Of a stretch of 51,285 nt of DNA, positions 45,459 to 51,285 are shown piece after piece (the stretch's first letter is position 1; each line of letters starts with the position of its first letter). The position numbers and the translations under genes were made by a program. Under the pieces are notes generated by a model. That model had not been told where the DNA came from and searched no databases. It saw nothing but the letters and a program-made list of their open reading frames with translations. The stretch comes from a virus. Its lineage: Duplodnaviria > Caudoviricetes. The DNA lies in IMG/VR virus record IMGVR_UViG_3300022841_000021, positions 1-51,285 of that record. The stretch is one strand, 5' to 3'.

Positions 45459-47666
45459 ATGGCAGAATTAAGCGTAGAGATATCCGCAAAAATTGACAGG
45501 TTATTATCGGAGTTAGGTAAAGCAAAAAAAGCTTTAGGCGGTATCGGTGCGGCTGCTGAAAAACTCACAGACAAGTTAAAAAGAGTTGGAGAGAAAATGG
45601 GTAGAATAGGTAAGTCTATGGCTACCTATTTAACGTTGCCTTTGTTAGCAATTGGTGGCGCTGCTATCAAAATGTCTTCGGATTTTACAGAAAGTTTAAA
45701 TAAAGTTGATGTAGCTTTTAAAAGTTCTTCTAAAGAAGTACGTAAATTTGCAAAAACAACTTTAGAAACTTTTGGTATTGCAGAGGGTACTGCCTTAGAT
45801 ATGGCTGCACTTTTTGGAGATATGGGTACTTCTATGGGTATTCCAACAGATAAGGCGGCTATTTTAGCGACTTCTTTAGTTGGTTTGGCTGGAGATATGT
45901 CATCTTTTAAGAACATTAACATTAAAGAGGTTACAACGGCTTTAAATGGTGTTTTTACAGGTGAAACTGAATCTTTAAAAAGAATGGGTATTGTAATGAC
46001 AATAGCCAATCTAAAAGCTTACGCACTTTCAAAGGGTATATCTGGTAACATTGAAGCAATGACACAGGCACAAAAGGTGCAACTTCGTTACGCTTATATT
46101 TTATCAATAACTAAAAATGCACAAGGAGATTTCGCACGGACTAGCGATGGTTCTGCCAATCAAATGAGAATCTTTACGGAATCCGTAAAAGAGCTATCCG
46201 TAGCTTTTGGTGAGATATTATTACCATATTTTACTAAGGCAATTACCTACGTAAACAAATTAGTAAAAGCATTTACAAATTTAAGCCCAACCACAAAAAA
46301 AATAATAGTTGTAGTCGCTGCTTTGGTGGCGGTTGTCGGGCCTTTGTTAATTGGCTTAGGGTTTTTATCAACTACAATAATACCCGCATTAATTACAGGC
46401 TTTACAATTTTAACTGGCCCTATAGGGTTAACTATTGCTGCTATAGCTGCTTTAGGTGTTATAGTTTACAAGAGCTTTGATGCTATTATTGTGAAAGTGG
46501 CTGAATTTTATAATTCTTTTGTAGACGTTTATAATCAAAGTGCTTTATTAAGAGGTATTATCGCAGCGATTGGATTACAGTTTAAAAACGTTTGGACACT
46601 TGCAAAATTTGCTTTTAAGAGTATTTGGGCTTATATGAAAAGCTTTGGCTCTAATGTTATAAATTTATTTAAAAACATAGGTAAGGTTATAACTGGGGTT
46701 TTAGGTTTAAATCCAGCAAAAATAAGCGAAGGAATAATAGGTGCTAAAGATATTATAACTAAAGGTTTATCTAATATAGGTAAAGAAGTTTCTAAATACG
46801 CTAAAGAAGCAGGTGATGAAATAGGCGTAAATATTGCAAAGGCTTTAGATGAAACAGTAAACGGAGAGTTAAAACATAAAACACCACAAGAGATAAAGAA
46901 AAGTTTAACTTCTTTAGGAAACTCACTAAAAGAAACTGCAAAAGAAGTAGGTAATTCTATAGGTATTTCTTTAGCAGACGGAGTTACAGAAGGCTCAACT
47001 AATGGTAGAAGTAAGACAGTAGGATTGAATTTAGATGGTTTATCAAGTGGCGTTAATTCAGAGCCTTTATCTTTACCAATGATGCCTTTAATTGATACCG
47101 AACAGTTTGATATGCAAGCTGCATTAATGAGGGAAAAGGCACAACAATTTAGTGATGGTGTTTCAAATATATTACAAAATGGTGTTTTATCTACATTTGA
47201 ACAATTAGGTAATAATATAGGGATGGCGCTAGCAAATGGCGGTAATGTAATTCAAGCTTTTATGGGTACTATTCTTAGTGCAATGGGAAGTACATTACAG
47301 AAATACGGTTCTTTGGTGGTTGCAGCGGGTATTGCAAGTGAAGCTTTTTCTAAATCTATGAAAAACCCTTTCGGTGGTGGTATTGGAGCTATAATAGCTG
47401 GTACTGCATTAATAGCAATAGGTGGTGCAGTAAAGTCTTTTAGTGGTGGTTTAGGTAAGGGGTCATCTAGCGGTGGTTCTTCGTCTAGGGGTTCAGGTGC
47501 TAGTGATTTTAGCGGTTCAAGTAGCGGTGGAAACTTTGGTGCTTCAAGTGGTTCTAGCGGTCTACAGAACGTAGTATTCGAGATACAAGGCACAAAATTA
47601 GTAGGTGTGTTAAGTAACACACTTTCAAGGAATAGAAGTTTAGGTGGCTCTTTAAGTTTGACATAA
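45459..47666 (+). CDS. Tape measure protein (module B)
   Basis: 735 aa, A/G-rich helical; LTLPL, GETESLK..G, AQGDFART motifs. Confidence 0.93.
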   Translation: MAELSVEISAKIDRLLSELGKAKKALGGIGAAAEKLTDKLKRVGEKMGRIGKSMATYLTLPLLAIGGAAIKMSSDFTESLNKVDVAFKSSSKEVRKFAKTTLETFGIAEGTALDMAALFGDMGTSMGIPTDKAAILATSLVGLAGDMSSFKNINIKEVTTALNGVFTGETESLKRMGIVMTIANLKAYALSKGISGNIEAMTQAQKVQLRYAYILSITKNAQGDFARTSDGSANQMRIFTESVKELSVAFGEILLPYFTKAITYVNKLVKAFTNLSPTTKKIIVVVAALVAVVGPLLIGLGFLSTTIIPALITGFTILTGPIGLTIAAIAALGVIVYKSFDAIIVKVAEFYNSFVDVYNQSALLRGIIAAIGLQFKNVWTLAKFAFKSIWAYMKSFGSNVINLFKNIGKVITGVLGLNPAKISEGIIGAKDIITKGLSNIGKEVSKYAKEAGDEIGVNIAKALDETVNGELKHKTPQEIKKSLTSLGNSLKETAKEVGNSIGISLADGVTEGSTNGRSKTVGLNLDGLSSGVNSEPLSLPMMPLIDTEQFDMQAALMREKAQQFSDGVSNILQNGVLSTFEQLGNNIGMALANGGNVIQAFMGTILSAMGSTLQKYGSLVVAAGIASEAFSKSMKNPFGGGIGAIIAGTALIAIGGAVKSFSGGLGKGSSSGGSSSRGSGASDFSGSSSGGNFGASSGSSGLQNVVFEIQGTKLVGVLSNTLSRNRSLGGSLSLT

Positions 47667-47669
47667 TAT

Positions 47670-49790
47670 ATGAAAAAATTACAATTAAGTTTTATTAGCA
47701 GTTTGCAGCTAAATAACAGTATTATAGTTACTTATAGCGTAGGGGGTGTTAATGGTGATTTAATAGAAACATTTGTAGAGCCTGAAAATGCTAGAGCCTT
47801 TCATCCAGGAATAAATGAATCTACAGAAATACTTGCTATTAATTACGCTAATAGATTTAGATTCGATTATAATGCTGACATCTTTAAAGGTGGTTTAACC
47901 ATCACTAAAACAGGTAGTGTTTTAAATTTAACATCGACAGATACAACCGTAACTTTTCACGCAGTAAGCGGAACGGCTATATCTAGCGGTAAAGTAACTT
48001 ATGTTTTAAGTGATCCTGTTCCTGCACCTTTACCTATACAAAACTTAAAGTACTATTTTGAATTTAACGATGTTGTAGATGTTAGGCATAGAGTGGAAAT
48101 ATTAAGCGCAGAATTTGATGGAGAGCCTACGAAAATCTACGGAAGTTGTAGTTTAGAATATTCAGAAACAGACGACACGTTAGAACCAATAAGAGGTTCG
48201 GGTTTAAAAATAGACTTACAAGCGGATTCTAATTTAACATTCTACGACCTTTATAGCGAAGAGGAGCGCACTTATTCAGTAACCTATAAAAGAGATGCTT
48301 TAGGAACTAATACAACGTTATTTAATGGTTGGTTAAGCCCAGAGGGTATTTATGAAAGCCTAGTAACTGATAAATGGGTAATTTCTTTAGACTGTACAGA
48401 CGGTCTTGGATTCCTTAAAAACTTATCTTACGTAGAAGATGCTAACGGTCTTAGTTTTGTAGGTAAGCAAAGCCTAATTAAAATAGTTTCTAACTGCCTA
48501 AAAAGGACTAAAATAAACTCAAACATATTTGTTGGTATAGATATTTACTACGAGGGTTTACGAAATGACCTTTCTATTTTTGAGAATGTTTACTATAACT
48601 CGGATCGGTTTGTGAAAGACGATAAAGATACAATAATGAATTGTGACGAAGTTCTAAGAAGTGTTTTAGAGCCTTTTGGTGCGGTTATTACGGCTTATAA
48701 AGGGCAATGGCTAATATATAAACCGAACTCTTTAGTAACTGCTACAATACCGTCTTTTTTCGGGTACGACTTTAGCGGAGATAATTTATTAATACCTAAA
48801 AAGAATTTTGATTTTAGAGTTACTTTAGGTAGTCAGATAAACGGTTATTACCCACACCACGTAAACGCCAACCAACAAAAGACAGTTAAAAGTTCTATAG
48901 GTGCTTTTCGTATAAATTACAAGTATGGATTGGTTGATAGTTTAATACTTATAGACCCTTTTACACTATCTGGAAGCGATGGTGGGTTTCAAAGTACTAC
49001 TAAGATAGTACCTACAAGTAGTAGGTTAAAGCTTACCGTAAATACAAGTTGTAACTTTTTAAATAATGAGGGTTTTAGTTCTGATGTAGTTTTAAAAATT
49101 ACTAATGGTGCAGAAACATATTATTTTAACGGTAGTGAATGGGTTACGACTTTGGCTAAAATGCCTTTGCAAGTAAATGGTAGTTTTTTAGCAAGTACAA
49201 GCGCAACACCTATAAACGGAGATTTAAGTGTACTTATACCACAGGTAAATACATATCCTAACTATCTTAATGAGACTGGCGAAGTTTATGTTAGGTTTGT
49301 TATTGATGTCGTTCCATTATCTGCGGAACTTGAGGCAATAGGAGAAAACCATACATTTCAAAGGTTACTAAGACCATCTTCAAAAATTAAGGATATAAAA
49401 CAAGTTTTTAACGGAGATAATCCTACGGATACCTATTATGGTACAATATACGAGTTAGACCAATTTACACCCACAGAGAATTGGAATAGATTAGGGGTCG
49501 AAGAAAAAAAACCAATTCTAAAAATAATGGGAGAGGAGCGTATGAAAATGTATGGTAAACCATTGCAAGTCTATAGCGGTGATATTTTCGGATATTTTGA
49601 TTATTTAAACCTTGCTACTATTAGCAATTTTAACGGTGTTTTTATGGTTACTTCGTATAGCTATGATTGTTTGTCTAACGTAACGTCTATAACCTACGTA
49701 GAAGTTTTAGATACGGACATCTTAGAAGATGTAGATTATCAATTTACTTTAGATTATGGCAACGTTGTAGAGCCAACTATTCGTGGATAA
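47670..49790 (+). CDS. Tail tip protein (module B)
   Basis: Large beta-rich ORF after tape measure; DGLG.LK motif. Confidence 0.65.
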   Translation: MKKLQLSFISSLQLNNSIIVTYSVGGVNGDLIETFVEPENARAFHPGINESTEILAINYANRFRFDYNADIFKGGLTITKTGSVLNLTSTDTTVTFHAVSGTAISSGKVTYVLSDPVPAPLPIQNLKYYFEFNDVVDVRHRVEILSAEFDGEPTKIYGSCSLEYSETDDTLEPIRGSGLKIDLQADSNLTFYDLYSEEERTYSVTYKRDALGTNTTLFNGWLSPEGIYESLVTDKWVISLDCTDGLGFLKNLSYVEDANGLSFVGKQSLIKIVSNCLKRTKINSNIFVGIDIYYEGLRNDLSIFENVYYNSDRFVKDDKDTIMNCDEVLRSVLEPFGAVITAYKGQWLIYKPNSLVTATIPSFFGYDFSGDNLLIPKKNFDFRVTLGSQINGYYPHHVNANQQKTVKSSIGAFRINYKYGLVDSLILIDPFTLSGSDGGFQSTTKIVPTSSRLKLTVNTSCNFLNNEGFSSDVVLKITNGAETYYFNGSEWVTTLAKMPLQVNGSFLASTSATPINGDLSVLIPQVNTYPNYLNETGEVYVRFVIDVVPLSAELEAIGENHTFQRLLRPSSKIKDIKQVFNGDNPTDTYYGTIYELDQFTPTENWNRLGVEEKKPILKIMGEERMKMYGKPLQVYSGDIFGYFDYLNLATISNFNGVFMVTSYSYDCLSNVTSITYVEVLDTDILEDVDYQFTLDYGNVVEPTIRG

Positions 49791-49845
49791 TTTCAGTATA
49801 TTTATTTAAACTTTACGATACGTTTTATCTATATTTGTATTGGAT

Positions 49846-50310
49846 ATGATAAACGGAACTTATAGTATACTTTACTTAGATATTGGCGAGGGCTTCTTAC
49901 CTATTGGATGCCTTACCTCTAACGGATTTTCTGAAAGTGTAGAAACTTTAGATTCTACAAATATAGAGAATGGCGGTTGGAAAACTTACGTATTAACCAA
50001 CCAAGAATATAGCATAGACTTTAGCGGTGTTGCTTTAAATACCCTTTATAATGGCGGAGATACTACTAAATTTTCTTACGATATTCTTAAATTAATTAAG
50101 AGAAACAGACTTTTAATAGATTGGAAAATACAAGACAATCAAGGCAATATTGACAACGGAAAAGGCTATTTAACAGATTTATCTTCTGAAAGTAATATAG
50201 ATGAATTCATAACTTTTAGTGCTACTATTTTAGGCTACGGTATACCAGTTAGCACAAACATTAACCCAATAGATTCGGGGCTAGAATCTCACTTAGAAAC
50301 TTTAATATAA
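49846..50310 (+). CDS. Second tail-tube-like protein
   Basis: LPIGCLTSN vs LPVGCLTSN and DEFITFSATI vs DEFATYSGTL in 44337..44771. Confidence 0.7.
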   Translation: MINGTYSILYLDIGEGFLPIGCLTSNGFSESVETLDSTNIENGGWKTYVLTNQEYSIDFSGVALNTLYNGGDTTKFSYDILKLIKRNRLLIDWKIQDNQGNIDNGKGYLTDLSSESNIDEFITFSATILGYGIPVSTNINPIDSGLESHLETLI

Positions 50311-51285
50311 TGGCAAAGATACAGTATAACGATAAAGTAAATATAATAAGTCAGCCAGTACCCGAAGTAAATAAGGTTACTGCAGCAAACTTAAACGAGA
50401 TAAAAACAAGCGTTAATATCAACGTTGATAATATTGCTTTAAATGCTACAGACTTGTCGTTAAAAGCCGATATAAGCGGAAACAGTAGCGAGATTTTTAA
50501 AATTGCTAATGGTTTGTCTGCTAATGATGCCGTTAATCTTACGCAATTAGACGGATTAGAAACAACTTTACAAAATAACATAAACACAGAGGCAACCGCA
50601 AGAACAACCGCAGATACTACTTTACAATCTAACATTGATTTAAAAGTAGATATTGCGAGCATTGTAGACAACGTAACTTCGGGAGGTGTAAGCGTTCCTT
50701 TATCAGCAGAGCAAGGAAAGATACTAAAAGCAGAAATACTAGCCTTAGCAGGTTCTTTAATACCTCAAGGGAATTGGGATGCAGACACAAATACGCCTGA
50801 CATTACAACAGCAACTGAAACAGGTTATTTTTGGATTGTTTCGGTTGAGGGTGCTACAGATATTGGAGGGATTACTGATTGGAAAGTAAACGATTGGGCT
50901 ATAAAAACTGCTAGCGGTTGGGCTAAAATAGATAACACAGATAAAGTTTTAAGCGTAGCTGGTAAGATTGGAGAGGTTGTTTTAGCTAAAGCAGATGTAG
51001 GATTGTCTAATGTAGATAATACAACGGATGCAAATAAACCGATTTCAACGGCACAACAAACCGCTTTAGACTTAAAAGCTAATAAGGCTTCACCAAGTTT
51101 TACAGGAAATGCCAATTTTGCGGGTCTTGTTACAATAAATAATAGACTTGATTTAAGTGATGCCTTAAATAATACTTTTATAGGTAGTAGTGTTGGAGAA
51201 AATAACACAACGGGAAGTTCCAACGCAGCTTTAGGCTACCTAAGTTTACAAAATAATACAACTGGAAGTGGAAACGTAGCTTTAG
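50310..51285 (+). CDS. Tail fibre (module B), truncated by window end; not in ORF track
   Basis: MAKIQYNDKV... open to the end; from 50562 nearly identical to fibre A. Confidence 0.88.
   Translation, partial: MAKIQYNDKVNIISQPVPEVNKVTAANLNEIKTSVNINVDNIALNATDLSLKADISGNSSEIFKIANGLSANDAVNLTQLDGLETTLQNNINTEATARTTADTTLQSNIDLKVDIASIVDNVTSGGVSVPLSAEQGKILKAEILALAGSLIPQGNWDADTNTPDITTATETGYFWIVSVEGATDIGGITDWKVNDWAIKTASGWAKIDNTDKVLSVAGKIGEVVLAKADVGLSNVDNTTDANKPISTAQQTALDLKANKASPSFTGNANFAGLVTINNRLDLSDALNNTFIGSSVGENNTTGSSNAALGYLSLQNNTTGSGNVAL
50562..51285 (+). repeat. 724-bp direct repeat, copy 2
   Basis: Aligns without gaps to 17174-17897. Confidence 0.97.

Larger units (their letters stand above)
17771..51158. 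mobile_element. Candidate complete 33,388-bp circular temperate phage B (fibre end-lysis-int-att-repressor-replication-terminase-head-tail-fibre start)
   Basis: The window end rejoins 17771 through a direct repeat; the interval holds exactly one copy of each core phage function. Confidence 0.6.

Noticed and set aside
1-51285. Stop-codon recoding or a recognisable defence system (RM, Abi, retron, CRISPR-Cas)
   Set aside because: Core genes are full length in the standard code and no diagnostic motifs were seen; small hypothetical ORFs cannot be excluded

Overview
The window is entirely AT-rich tailed-phage DNA, most likely from Flavobacteriaceae/Bacteroidota-infecting siphoviruses (TAnnTTTG promoter elements, a DUF3127-type SSB, an SprB-like repeat). 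It carries TWO complete, sequence-divergent HK97-type head-tail modules. Module A (2.2-19.6 kb) has portal, protease, capsid, tail tube, a 1042-aa tape measure and a tail fibre, with no terminase in view. Module B (34.7-51.3 kb) has TerS/TerL, portal, a MuF-metallopeptidase fusion, protease, capsid, tail tube, a frameshifted chaperone, a 735-aa tape measure and a tail fibre. Between them lies one set each of lysis genes, integrase plus a tRNA-CAT 3'-half att core, repressor/Cro switch and recombination/replication genes. The two fibre genes share a gap-free 724-bp direct repeat 33,388 bp apart, and the last 127 nt of the window match 17771-17897 exactly. The simplest reading is a 33.4-kb circular temperate phage B joined, biologically or by the assembler, to a second phage A through a shared fibre. 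Tandem prophages or a real two-module genome remain possible. Other notable items: an attC-like repeat with an inverted-repeat-flanked mini-gene beside the integrase, a MuF-toxin plus small Cys-rich partner, a duplicated 65-bp late-promoter block, a tandem-HTH repressor, a second tail-tube paralog and two morons. All product calls come from motifs and gene order read by eye; no database searches were run.
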